From assembly GCF_016433145.1 (NCBI RefSeq), contig NC_058131.1, positions 612,630,708-612,694,707 of the forward strand: a stretch of DNA of 64,000 bases, written 5' to 3'. Below, piece by piece: positions 23,101 through 36,900 of this stretch (position 1 is the stretch's first letter; each line of letters begins with the position of its first letter). Both the position numbers and the translations under genes were made by a program. A model generated the notes under the pieces. That model ran no database searches, was not told where the DNA came from, and saw only the letters and a program-made list of their open reading frames with translations. The stretch comes from Gracilinanus agilis (lineage: Eukaryota).

Positions 23101-26100
23101 AGTGTAGCCCGAGAGTCCTCCCCCATCCTCCTGAAATTTTTCTTGCTGCATTCCTACAGAGAGCAGCTGGGAGAGGAAAGGATTTTCCAGATGTGCCTGA
23201 GGATTCTGGGCTCCATCCTGCTGAAGGAGGGTTACTCTGGGCTGGAACCCACTGCCCTTGGCCTAGAGGAGGGAGCAGGGTTTAGGTTTGAAGTCTTCTC
23301 TCTAGTTGGGGGTGGTGCAAGGGTGAGTCATAGGCACCTGCGGTGTCTGCTTTGGGATGGGCATGATTCTAGTTGGAAGGGAAAAGTGACCTACCCAATG
23401 GGTGTCTGTTTTAGGGGGTTACAGAGGGAACTTTAGGGCTCCTTATTCTCTCTCTATCACTACTGAGGCAATTTTGGTCCCTGGGAGGTAGAGGTGTTTC
23501 TTCCTCCTAAAAGGGGGGGGGGGCTCATTCCTGAGGTGGTAGGCTTCCTTTTGTACTGTCTAAATTCACTGAGCTTGCTCTCTCCCTCTTCCCAAACTTC
23601 TGCAGCCTTAAGGGACTCTAGGACTTCTGGGGCCTTCTAGGTCTGGAGTGTTCTTGTCTTTCAAATCCTTTATCAGCAGGGGTAGCTCTTGCGTCTCTCC
23701 TCTCCCTTCTTCCTGGGAAGGGTAGACTTGTAGTTTTTGAGACCCTGAAGCAAACTGGAGAAGTGGGTGGTCTAAACTCCTTAAGGGTAGGGACAACTTT
23801 ACTCCTATAACTCCAAGGCCTTGCTGGTTGGGGCTTAATGTTTGTTAACTTGAATTCGGTCCTCACATAACTTGGTACCTGATTTGTTTTTAATGTAACA
23901 CTGGCCTTCATCTTTTTCTGGGGCAGCTGGCTCTTGAAATCTTGTGAATAGGTGCCTCCTTGCTTTAGTGGGAGTAGAAGAGAAGGGGAAGAAAAATTCA
24001 AATGAACAGCAGTTTACTAAATTGTGAGCTTCCAAAGGGCAAGGCTAATGTCTTATTTAATCATTGTATTCCTCCCCTCAGCCTCAGGCACAGTTCTGCA
24101 GGTATTGTGTACTTAATCAGTATTAAAGCTGATGGGGGTCACTGGATGGGAAGTATGTGTGTATGTGTGTGTGGTGGCTTAGATTACCAACTCTCTTCTC
24201 CCTTGTTTAGACTAACCTTTGTCAGAAAGAGAAGTGTCAGAAAACATGGGTTTGAGCTTCCATTCTGATACTAGCCTTGGCATGGTGGACTAATCAGCAT
24301 ATGAGCCTCAGTTTTCCTGTTTCCTTTGCCCCTTTGTTTTGAGAAAGCTGCTTTGCATATTTTAAAGCACTTTATGCACTATTATTGGTGTTGAAGGAAT
24401 TGTTTCCAGAAAGCAGTTGAGCCCTGTTGGGATAGGCTGTGACCCATAGGGGTGTCCAGGGTGACCTAAGGGTAAGTGAGTATTTGTGCTGGGAATGGAA
24501 TCTGCTGGCTGGACGACTGTGGCAAAAGTTTTCTGGGTGGGGGTAAGGTACAGATATCACTCACCCTGGGAGTGTTTGCTGAACCAGCTGAGATCCCAAC
24601 CTGAGATTCTGCTAACAGGTAGCCCTAATTACAGGTTTCTGGAAGCCTGGGAGGAGTTTAATGCCTGATGCCCAATACTCTGAACACTATCTTTGTACCT
24701 TCCTGTAAGGCCCCATCCCTTGAATTTATTCCTTTTTCCTTCCCATTTTGGGGTCACAGTCCTCTCTAGTCAAAAAAGGGGGAAATAATACAACCTGTGC
24801 GTGTGGTGGTGGGAGATAGAGTTGGTGAGGAGACACCAGACATCCCAGCAGGGAGAATCTACTCTAGTTTTTCCCTGGTCTTAGCATCTATTCCTTAAGT
24901 GAAGTAGTAGAAGATGCCCATCTATTTGGCCCCTCCTGGCTCCCTTAGGAGTAGCCTATCATGGTCCTCACCCACGCCCACTGCAGGCCCAGACTGGTGA
25001 CTCCTACCTAATGAGGCTGACAGGGACTATGTCTGATCCTTCCCAGAGAAGTTTGAGGTGTGTCAAGGCCAAAGCCTCTCAACTACACACTGATCTTCCT
25101 CCCTTTCTCAGGTTCTTTTGTGACCCCTGGCATCCAGGGGTCATTCCATATATCAGCTCCTGCAAAGTTAAATTAGAGAGGAATGGCAATTTAAAGATGC
25201 CATCTCAGTTGACAGTAAAAGTACCCCCATTGTACAGATGATAAAATTGAGGTTTTGTGAGGATATAGTAGCTTACAAAGACAGTGTAGAAGCCTCTTAC
25301 ATCTCATCCCATTGTACAACTGATGGCTGCTGTATGTCCAGCCTTAGGCTTGAGGGTAGGAGAGTGGTGGTGGTAGTGTTAGGAGACAGCATGAATGTGT
25401 GAAAAGTTAGCATGATATAGGCTAACATATTGTTTAGAAATGATCAATGAGCATATATTAATAAATGCTGGAACTATTTGGAGAAGGTACATAACACTTA
25501 AGTTCACCCAGAAAGGTAGTGGGACTTGAATTAGTTCTGGAGGGAATAGCAGGCTTTGGTTTAAATCACAGGAAAGGGAGAGGCTAGATTACTAAAGTGA
25601 CCTCCAGTCACTGGTCTTCCTGCTTTCAGTCCCTCCTTCCAATCTCTTTTCTACATTGTCAGACTAAATACTACTCTGATCCTTCATTGACCCTGAGTTG
25701 CCTACAGAATGAAGTCCTAATATCTGAGGCCATCTGTGATCTGGGCCCACCTTTTCTTTAGCCTCTAACCCTCTCCTTTGTACTCTTACTGGTCACAGTG
25801 TTTATCCAGTGAGCTAGACACATTTCTTCTACATTGCTCCATTATTCCCTTCTCCTCATGCCCAGAAGAACAAAAAGACAATGGGTACAGTGAAAGAGAG
25901 GTGGGCAATGGCCAACTATCCGTCTTTTGTTTCCCAGGTTCTGCTGGAAGAGGAGGAGGAGGAAGAGGCTGGTTTCTTTGGCCTGTCGCAGCATGATTTA
26001 TTTGACCTGGATGGAGATGATGAAGAAGAGATGTTCCTACAGGATGAGGTCCTGTTGGAGACCATGCAAAACTATATGGATGCCTCTATTATCTCCATTA

Positions 26101-27900
26101 TTGAAGACCTAAGTGGTGTTGGAGAGGTGGGCAATAAGGGGTAGTTCTGGGGAGAGGAAGAGCTCCACGTATCCAGAAGACCAGAGAGAGGAGAGAATTG
26201 GCTTATAATAGAAAGGGACCACTAGGAGGGAGCTTGCTAGGTTTCCAAGGATTCTTTGATTCTGGGCTTGAAACTTCAAGCACTAACCTCCCAGCTCTTC
26301 TGTGCCTTGGCCATCTGGGTCCAAGAGACAGCTCATGTGGAAGTATAGACAAGTAAAAGGCTTGAACAAAATGTCTTTTGATATGTGTACCTTGAATATA
26401 GAGTATTATGAATATGAATCAATCAAGTTCATTTGGTTATTTCACATTTCTCTTTGGCAGGGATGAATCTCAGAGTTTTAAGAAGTGACCCAGTTTATAA
26501 AAGGAGACAGGAAAAGATCTAGAGGGGGGGGTTCTTGACTTCTAGAATCCATGAACTTGTCAAAAATATTTTGTTAACTCTTTCTATATAATTGATTTCC
26601 TTTGAAATCCTGTGTATGCTATTTTACTTATTTAAAAACATTCTGGAAAGGGTCTCTAAGCTTCTCTAGCTTGCCAAATGGGTCAGTGATACAAAAAGAG
26701 TTGAGAACCTCAGTCCTTGAGTCTATAGTGGTTGGTTCCAAGTGATGGGGAAGGATGAGTGTGCTTACATAGGGGAAATGGCAGGAATAAAACTCAAGAG
26801 TCCTGGTTCTCAGACCTCTACATCTGTTCCTATAACATACATTTATTCATTCATTGGTGGGTTGACTTGGGAGGTAAATTGCTTGGATTCCATGAGTGAC
26901 TTTGGGAATATATAGTATATTAGTATTCAGCTTCTGTATCTTTCCAGTAACTAGCTGGTTGTAACCAATCTGTCTCTCTCTTCCTTGGGAGCAGAACAGC
27001 AGAGTGACCTTGGAGGACCAGAATGAAGTGTCTCTGCTCACAGCCCTCACTGAGATACTTGACAATGCTGATTCTGAGAATCCATCACCCTTTGACACCA
27101 TTCCTGACTCGGAGTTGCTCGCATCTCCCCGAGAGAGTGCTTCGGTCAGTGCTGGGCTGTTCAGGTTTTGTATTCGTTACTCCATGATTAGAACATATAT
27201 TTATGGTTGGGATTATGTGTCTCATCTCATCATAGACCATTTTGTTGTTATGGGGGAAAATTATGGTTTGGTTGGACTGAATATTAAAAAAGGTGGTTGT
27301 CAAGAATAAATATCAATTCTAAAATTATTTTGGCAATTTATTTATAAAATATAGGAGAGAGTAAAAGAGAAATGAGAAGAGGGCAGAGTAAGAGATCTAG
27401 CTTAACGAACTAAATTATGTGTTCAAGTCTTGGCTTTACTCAGACAGGGCTCCAGAGGCCCAGCCAGAGAGAGCCTAAAAGTCAATTAACAAGGGGGCAG
27501 CTGGGTAGCTCAGTGGAGTGAGAGTCAGGCCTAGAGACAGGAGGTCCTGGGTTCAAACCCGGCCTCAGCCACTTCCTAGCTGTGTGACCCTGGGCAGGTC
27601 ACTTTACCCCCATTGCCCACCCTTACCAGTCTTCCACCTATGAGACAATACACTGAGGTACAAGGGTTTAAAAAAAAAAAAAAGTCAATTAACAAGGGTT
27701 TTAGCCACGGGGCCTCCTCCCAATCAAGGGCCCCTCAGGAGGCTAGTACCTCCAGGGGTCAGTCTTTTCACTCACCACCTGTAGTTCTAAGAGATTTAAG
27801 AACAGTCTCATCAAGTCCAAGGTCCCAGCCAGAGCTTCTCCAGGCCTAGTTCAAGGCCAAAGAGTCAAGAAGAAGAACCGACTCACAGGAAGGTGTAACT

Positions 27901-27943
<43 letters not shown>

Positions 27944-30900
27944 CCCATAACTTTCTCTGTATTGGCTTATAGGTGGAAGAGTGGTAAGGGTGGGCAATGG
28001 GGGTCAAGTGACTTGCCCAGGGTCACACAGCTGGGAAGTGTCCCGAGGTCTGATTTGAACCTAGGACCTCCCGCCTCTGGGCCTGGTTCTCAATCCACGG
28101 AGTTACCCAGCCGCCCCTGTAACTCCCTTTTAAAGGCACTTTTTTTTCACTTCCTGTGCATTCCTCCCATTTTATGTGTACCAATCTCAACAATGTCTTT
28201 GCTTAGGATTGCCCAGGGGGAAGTCTGGCATTCTTATCTTGATGAATTAAGTGGTGGTGTTTACACTTTTAGTGATTAAATCATGAAATGGGCTGGGTAG
28301 AATTAATCCCATCTTCACAATGTCCCATACTTAGTTCTGTGTTCCCTGAGGGTCCTGGTTTTTTAATGTGAGTCCAGTAATATTAGTTGATTACTTCATT
28401 AACTGTCCTTGGCTGGGGTGGGCAATAGAAGTGGGAGTGAGGGGGCTGGCTAGGAGGTTCAGTGGATGAGAGCCAGGCCCAGAGACAGGAAATCTTGGGT
28501 TCACATTTGGCCTCAGACACTTGTTTGCTGTGTGACCTTGGGCAAGTCACATGACTCATAGCCTAGCCCATACCACTTTTCTGTCTTAGAATTGATACTT
28601 CCTTTGGAATGATATTTAGTATCATTTCTAAGACAGAAATAAATGATTTAAAAAAAAATGGGAGTGGTGGCTGCTATAGTGGCAGAAGAAAATGGGTCTA
28701 GAGCAGTGAAGGGCAAACCCACAGGCCAGATGCAGCAGCCCCCTGAAATGTTCTATCTGGCCACAACATTATTCCTAATCTGATGAATACAATGAATAGG
28801 ATACAATACAGTGAAACTTCTAAAGAGTTGCCTTAGAAACAGCCTGACAGATGAGCATTTCCTTTCCTTTGGGCCCCTTCTTTAAAAAGTTTGCCCATCA
28901 CTGGTTTGGAGTGATTGGTTCTCTGGTGACTGCTATCCTTAATTCCCCCCCCCAAGGGCCTGATCCACTTTCTTTGTACCCCTTTAGTTGCACAAACTGC
29001 TGGGTTTTTCTCGTACATCCCCGGAAAGTGATGTGGATGACCAGTGGGGACCCAAGACACACAGTGTGACCCCCGCTATTGGCAGAGTGAGTACATGAGT
29101 TTGAAAGCACCTAGAGCATGATGGGGAGTCGTTCGGTCAAGTCTGGAAAGGTTACCATCTGGTTTAGAATCAATTAGAAAGAGTCCTTCAAAATGAGCTA
29201 ACACCTTTATTGTTCTGAGAAAGAAATTAAGACTCAGGCAGAAAGAGTGATTTGCCCAATATCACAATCCTATTATTAAGTGGCAGAGTTGGAATAGACC
29301 CCCAAGTGTTGTGGATCCCAGCTAGCATCCTTCCTTATTATAACAAAAGCCATCCAAGGGTAGGTGACCAGAATCCTCTTAAAGAGTCCTTCCCACCAAT
29401 CTGGGAAACCTGCTCAATTCTGGGGATCCCCTCCCTCCCAACTGACTCATTCACTTTTCCTCTCCCTGTGTAGGTTGAGATGTGTCTCTCTGATTCCTCC
29501 TGGGATCTTCCACCATCTCCCTTCTTGGAAGCATCATCCCCAAAGATCCCAGGGTGGAGGACCCCAAGATCCTGGCCCCGATGGGGTCAGCTTTCTCCTC
29601 TGCAGCGCAGTGACGGAGAAGAGGAAGAAGATGCCAGACTCAGTAGAGACAGAGTCACAGCTGTGGACCCCTCCATAGACAACACCGAAGATTTCCCTAT
29701 GCACTTGGCCTGCCCTGAGGAGGAAGAGGAAGAAGAGGCTGCCCCAGTGGGAGAGGAAAGCATCTCCTCTCTGAGTGAGCTGGTGAGGGCCATGCATCCA
29801 TACTGTTTGCCAAGTCTTGCTGTTTGCTTGGATTCCCCTGGGGGAGAGCCGGAACAGGCTGAAGAGTTAATGCTGGCTGAAGGGGGCATGGTTCTGGAGA
29901 TCCTGGGCCAGGGCTCCATGGCTGGAGAGGCTCTGGAGATTCCAGTCGTCCTGCGCCATCTCCCTCCCTCAGGTCAGCCCATAGAAGATCTGAACCCTGA
30001 CCTTACTCAGCAACTGCTAGAATGTGACATGGAAGCTGAGGTCCCTACCTGTGGAGAACAGTCCTTTCAGAAAGAGCCAACAGCCCCAGGCAGCCTTGAA
30101 GGTGGGAAGGAGAAGGAGCTGACATGCCCGGCCCGGCCCCAGCCGAAAGTGATCCCAGCATCTGTTGACAGCCCCAAAGGACCCTCTGCAGATGTGTCCT
30201 CAGATGCACAGAAAGGCCAAAAGGGCCACAGGAGTCGGAGAAAGAAGAGTGAAGTTCAGTTATTGCCAGACCAGGATGAGGACAGGACCTGTGTTCGAAA
30301 GCTCAGGTCTTCTTCCCGAAGCCAATCCATACCTGATAGCCAGTCCTCAGAACAGCCCCTGGAGGGGATCTGCAGGGTGGCCCAGTCTGCCTGTGGTCGG
30401 AGAAAACTCCGGACCACTATAGCTGAACCCAAAATAGTGTCAAGTCTAGGAACCCCAGACTTCACAGAGCCTGACTCTACCCCACAGAACCCCATTGGAC
30501 AGTCTGGTCTGGCCAAAGAGGAGCCACCGACTCTGTGCCCAAGCAATGGTGAGACGTCCTTGTCCTTGTCCTCGGTGAATGGTGACCATTCACAGACCCC
30601 AGAGCCAAGCTTTGAGGTCACCAGCCCCCAAAGTGAGAGAATTTCAAGCCCCCCAAAAGCAGAACACAGTGCCAACACCGTGCCCCAGGAAGCCAAGCCC
30701 CGACCCCTGAGCCTGTCTGAGTACTGGCAGCGAAGACAGCAGCGCCAAGCAGGTGATCAAGTGCCAGAGCCCCAAACCCCAGCTGGAAAGTGGCCCAGCA
30801 TCCCAGTGACACCTACAGAGCTGGCAGAGATTCCATGCCTCATCGTCCCCTCCAAGACAGTGGAGCAGCCTACTGCCCCTGGAGTGGCCCGGCAGAGGAC

Positions 30901-33900
30901 AGCCCAGCCACCAGGCCTCAAGCCCTGTAGCATGGCTTCCTCTGAGACTGACCTCCCCTTGCCAGCCAAACATAAATCTCTAGTGAGGCAATCTGTGCCC
31001 CCCACCATGCCCATACCCCCAACTGTGCCTCCTGTAGTGCCCATGTCCCCGGCTATGCCTCCCACAGTGACTCTTCCCCTGACAATGCCCAGGCCTCCAG
31101 CTCTGCCACCTGCAGTGCCACCCATGGTGCAGCTTCCCTCCAGTGGGCAGGCGATGCCCAATTTGCTTCGGCCACCCCTTCCCCTCCCCTGTCTCCCAAG
31201 ACCTCCCGATTCCTATGCCCAGTTTGCCCCAGTGCCTTCCTGGCCCTGTTACCCCTCTGTGCCACCATCTGTTAACTATCCCGGCTTGCCATCCCCAGTG
31301 CCAGGCACACCCAATGCCTATCCAGTACCCACTACTCCTGCTGTGCCTTGGGCTCTACCTCCTGCCCCAGTGACGGCTTATGGTTCTGATCATTCTTATG
31401 GGCCTATGAGCTGGGGTCCAGGACCTCGGCCTCCTTACTGGCCAGCTTTACCCCCAACGCCATTGCCTCCTCCGCCACCACCACCTCCTCCCCGCCTAGC
31501 TAAGAGTATCCCACTCCCCTCTCAGGGTCCTGACAGTTTCTCCACTGGGATCCCCGAAAGTATACCTGCCTCCAGTGCAGTGTCTGTGATTCCCCCACCT
31601 AGCCTTGTGCCAACTTCCCAGGAAGGCCCTCAGGCAGCACCCTCGAGAGCAGAGGGCAAGCAAGGGCCAGCACCTCAGCAGCCCTTGAGGCCCTTGTCTC
31701 CTAGACCCAAATCAAAGCTGGCCACTCCTGGGAGTCCAGATTCCAGAAAGAAAGGGGCTCCTGTTGAGGACCCTGTGGTTCAAAAGGGCCAGCCCCAGCC
31801 AGAAGGTTTTGCCCCCCAGAAGGCCCAGACCGAAGCCAAGGAGAGTGGGCAGAGTGAGTCACCATCAGTCCCTGCAGACAGTGCTGTGTCTATGCCAAAG
31901 CAGTGCCAAGTGACCAAGATGCCTCCTGTCCATCCATCCCGACTTCGGAGACTCAGCTTCCTATCTCCTCCCCCACACAGCCAGGGTTCTGAGGATGTGG
32001 TACAAGCTTTTATCAGTGAGATTGGTAAGTGCCCTTGAAACAGGTAGACTGTTCTTGTTTGGGGGAGGCCTACTTTTACTGTGCTCCGAATTAGGGGAGA
32101 TCCAGCCAGTTTATGCTTTTTTTCCCTACTAGTTTTTCATTTTTTGGTGGGTTTGCCACTAAGGCTTCTAACAGGAAGGTATTTATGTATGGCCTCTTGG
32201 ATGAGGTGGTGCAATGGACACATGTCCTTTCCCCAGTGAGTGGCTCTAACTGGATACTTTTTTTTTTTTTTTTCCTTTTTTTGCTGTAGGAATTGAAGCA
32301 TCTGACCTATCCAGTCTTCTGGAGCAATTTGAGAAGTCCGAAGGTGAACAGCAATTCTCTTGTCTTTTGGGGGATGGTGGGTATTAGCATGGGGTAAATT
32401 TTTTGGTTTTCCTACATTCATTTTCAGTTTAATTTCTTTAAATTTTTTATTGCTAATCTTTTGTTTGTATATCACCATACATTTCCAAATATGGGCCCCT
32501 CTCTACTTAACCTACTGAGAGAGGGCTGAGAGAGCAGCCTCTTAAACAATCAGAAAAGCTGGATGGGGAAATGCAGTTTAGCAAAATTGGCCACATAATC
32601 CTAGATGTGCAAACTACAGCCAGTGGTCCAGATGCCTTTCTGCCTGCAAGACATTATTCCTAATCAGACAATACAAATGAGTAGGATACAATACAATGAG
32701 TTGCCTTAGAAACTGACTGACAGAGGAGCATTTCCTTTCCTTTGGCCCCCTCTTTAAAAAGTTTGCCCATCACTGCTCTAGACTAACCTCATTCAGTATT
32801 CCTATACCCATAATTCCTTACCTTTATAAAAAATGAGGGAGAGGTGCATTTCTTCTCTCCTTGGGGGCATACTTGTTCTAATTATAAATCATTCTGAATT
32901 TTTTGTTGCTATATAACAATGTAAATTGATACTATTATATATAATGTCATCAGGGTTCTACTTACCTGTGCTTTTTTTTTTTTAAATCCTTTCCTTTGTC
33001 TTAGAATTGATATTAAGTATCCCATTTCCAAGATAGAAAAGTAGTAAGAGCTTTTGTCAGTTGGGGTCAAGTGACTTGTCCAGAGTCACGTAACTGGGAA
33101 GTATCTGGGATCAGATTTAAACCCCAGGACCTTCCATCTCCAGACCTGGTTCTCTATACTGAGCCACCTAGCTGCCCCTTACCTTCACTTTTCATCAGTT
33201 CATTGAAGCTTTTCTGTGCTTCTTAGGATTCATTTTTTCCTTCAAATCTAATTCTGATGGTTTAAAAAAAGAAAAAGGTGTTTTTGTCTTTACAGCATCT
33301 ATATTTCCTATTATTTCTCTTTTCCCTTTAAAAAAGTAAAAAAAATAAAGAGGAAAAACAGTTTCAAATCTAGGTAACACATTACTCAATTTATTTTTTA
33401 CTTTTTTTTAAACCCTTACTTTCTTACAATCTTATAATTGATACTAAGTATCGTTTCCCAGGCAGAAGAGCAGTAAGGGCTAGCCAGTTGGGGTTAAGTG
33501 ACTTGCCCAGGGTTACACAGCCAGGTTCTATCCAAGGATAGATTTTAACTAGTGCTTTTGCCTCCAGGACTGACACTATCTTATTTATCCATCTAGTTGC
33601 CCTCACATCACCCAATTTTATCATTTGCAGGCATCCCCACTCACAATCTAGCCTCTGCAAATGAGGTGCATTTTCACATCTTTAGTCAAGGTGGATAAGT
33701 TTTCCTAGTTTTTGATTTGCATTGGTTCCTATTAAACTTTCCTGTGCTTATCTTGATCTGTTAATTCATTGGTTTCTTGCTGTCTAATGATTTTCTATTA
33801 TGTTCACTAACTTTAATTTGTTCAACCATTCCCCAGGCAGTGGATGTTTACTTTGTTTCTAATTGTTTTCCATTGCAAAAATGCTCCTATAAATATTTTC

Positions 33901-36900
33901 ATGTATGTGGTACCTTTTTAACAATTTTACCTCCTTGGGGTATATATCTGGGTCAAAGACAGTGTTAAACTAGAGCCAGCTCTGACTGACTAGATGACTC
34001 ATTTTCAGAGTAAATATTTACACTTTGGAAACCAGCAAACTCTAAAATTCAAGATTTGATTTGTTTTGTTGGTTGTATGGACTTAAGAAAGTGATGGAGA
34101 AAAAGTTCACAGATAAAACTTAAATGTGTATAGTCAGTTTTTTCTTTAGGAGAGAAAACATGTAAAGTTATTTTTTTCTTTTGGAGAACTAGTTAAACAT
34201 TTACCAGCATACTGCTGGTCAAAGGGAATGGACATTTCATTTAATTTTTTCACATAATTCCAAATTCCTTTCCAGAATGGTTGTCTAAATTTATAGCTCT
34301 ACCAACCAGGCACCCTTCTGAAGGGCAATTTCAGTTTATCTAGTGCTCAGTAATATGGTCCTGGAGGAGATCTAGGTCTTGCCCCTAAGAGAGAGTATTC
34401 CAGAGAGGGATACAGTGCAATATGGGAATGAACCAAGTGTTTTGATGGAAAGCCCAATCTCCCTGAGTATTTTCTGATCTGGAATTCCTGACCTTCCGCA
34501 CCCAGTTGTGCTATTAATACTGTTTGATTTCTTTGCAGTTAAAAAGGAGTGTATTCCTCTGGGACCTGCTGATACCTTAGCTCTAGGAAATTCAGGGTTA
34601 GTATGAAGAGGGGGTTACCCTGCCACCTTTGGTTGCCTGGATGAGTACTTCCCCCAATGTGACTCCTGCTTGGGCTGGCTGAGAGAATAGTGTGGGAATG
34701 AGATAGCATGAAACCTGAACTCCCAAAAGGCCCCACAGCAACTTTTCTTCCTTTTTCATGGGTAGTTTAACCCTTGAGTACTTTTATTCTGAAGTCCTTG
34801 GTCACCTTATAGCTCCTTTGGCAGCTCTATTTGGAGGAAGAAAGGTCCTTGACTTAAAACTCTTTGTCCCTCCTCCCAAAGCTGAGCTTCCCTTCTGTCT
34901 TCTACTCAACTCTTCCAGCTTTCCCCAAGAACATCTCTGCTTTATTTATCTTGTCTTTGGGACATTCATTTAAAGAAAGCAGTCCCCTTTTTATTTCCCA
35001 AGGATCCCAGAAAAGAAGAACTCATTCCACAAAGAGTTGGGGACAGAGGGAACAGCAGACATGTTGTCTGCATCCTTCCTCAGCTCGTAGCTAGGATAGT
35101 TCAAAAGGGACACTAATGGAATGAGGCTTTAGCTGGGTTCTCATCTCCTCCCAGCAGAGTTGACAACTCCCAGGAGAAGCGACCTCTTGACCGGTTACAA
35201 GCCCCAGAGCTGGCCAATGTGGCAGGTATGATTATAGGGGTAGTGGAGGTGGGAGGAAGGGTCTAATCCATGAGTTTGGGGGTACAATAATATTGAATGT
35301 CATGTAGGTATTTGGGGAATGGGATAATCTGTGTTTTGTTTCTTCTTTCTGGCAGGCCTGACCCCTCCTGCCACTCCACCTCATCAGCTCTGGAAACCTT
35401 TGGCTGCAGTCTCATTACTGGCCAAGCCAGGTTCCCCTGATTCCCCTACCCAAGACCGAGTACTGAAGCCAGGGGGAAATGTGGATTCCCAACGTCCGGC
35501 TGCAGTTCGTCTCCGAGGTCGGGTCCCAGGACCTAGCCCAGTACATGTGGGCTCTGGGGACCATGACTATTGCATCCTGAGCCCTACAGTGACCACAGGG
35601 CCAGAGCTGGGATCCCGCTGGAACGTCAAACGACATCAAGATATTACCATTAAACCTATCCTTTCTCTGGGCCCTTCAGCTGCCTTGCAGGTCTGCCCAG
35701 CCATGTGTCAGAAACAGCAGCTGGACCATAGGACTAGTGAAGAACTAGAAGCAACCCCTCCAGCCCCAACCTCTACCCCTGCCCAGCAACCTTCTGTGCT
35801 GCTGTCCCCAGAGGCTTCACCTGGCCGGAATGATGACACTAGGACTCACCCTGGGCCTTTGGCCAAGCAACCGGTGCACTGTTACCAGAAGGCCTGTGCT
35901 CCATCCAGCCCCCCTGGCTGTGGTTGGGTGGGCCGCAGCAGCCGCTCATGCTCCAATGGGGCTAGTGAGGCATCTTCCTCCTCTTCCTCTTCCTCCTCCT
36001 CCAGATCCAGGTCCAGGTCCCGTTCCCATTCTCATTCCCGGTCCCGGTCTCGGTCCCGGTCCATTTCCCCACCACCCAAGAGGTGGCGAAGGTGAGCTTG
36101 GCTAAGTTCTTCTGGAGGACCCTTGGGTGTAGCATCAGCATTGGTCAAGTCAATAGGCATTTCCTAAGTGCTTCCTATGTGTCAGGCCCTATGCAGTAGG
36201 GGATTGGAAGAGAGGCAGAAACCTTCCATGCCTTCAAAGGGCTCACATCCCAGTAGGGGAGACAACATGCAAACAACTCTGTCTATACAAGGTGGATAAA
36301 GGGTAAAATGGAGCTCATCTCAGGGAAAGAAGGGCAGTTAGTGTAGGAGGTTGGGGAGGCTAGGAAAAGCTTGCAGAAGGTAGGAATTATGCTGTTTGAA
36401 GGAAGGCAAGACTTAGAGACTAAGGGAGGACCGATCTGGAGATGGAGCATTGTATGCAAGGAAGAACAAAGAGGCCAGTGTCACTGGATTGTAAAATATA
36501 TGGAGGTGAGAAAAGTGTAAGAGGACTGGAAAGGTAGAAGGAGCCAGATTGTGAAGGGCTTTAAAAGCCAAGCAGGTAAAGTTTAGAGTAAGGGACAGCT
36601 CCATGGCTCAGTGGAGCCAGGTCTAGAGACAGGAGGACCTGGGTTCAAATGTCGCTTCAGATACTCCTTGATGTGTGATCCCAGGCATATAACTAATTGC
36701 CTAGCCCTCACTGCTCATCTGCCTTGGAACCAATACTTAATATCAATTCTATGACAGAAGATAAGGGTTTAGGAAAAAAAAAAGCCAAATAGACATTTTA
36801 TATGGGATCCTAGAGTGATTTTGGTCAGCCCTATGCTTTTTTTAGAAAGATTATTTTGGTACTTTCATGAAGGATAGACTTGAATTGGGGTGATTCTTGA

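Noticed and set aside
21994-23436. Many ORFs on both strands at the PPRC1 5' end
   Set aside because: GC-rich promoter/intron artefacts apart from exon 1.
25881-25937. In-frame ATGs upstream of PPRC1 exon 2 (MGTVKERWAMANYPSFVSQ)
   Set aside because: Most simply intronic run-in to a good acceptor; no promoter features nearby.
27494-27560. tRNA-like A/B box sequence
   Set aside because: Head of a tRNA-derived SINE with a TSD and A tail; not a tRNA gene. The same applies to the other copies.
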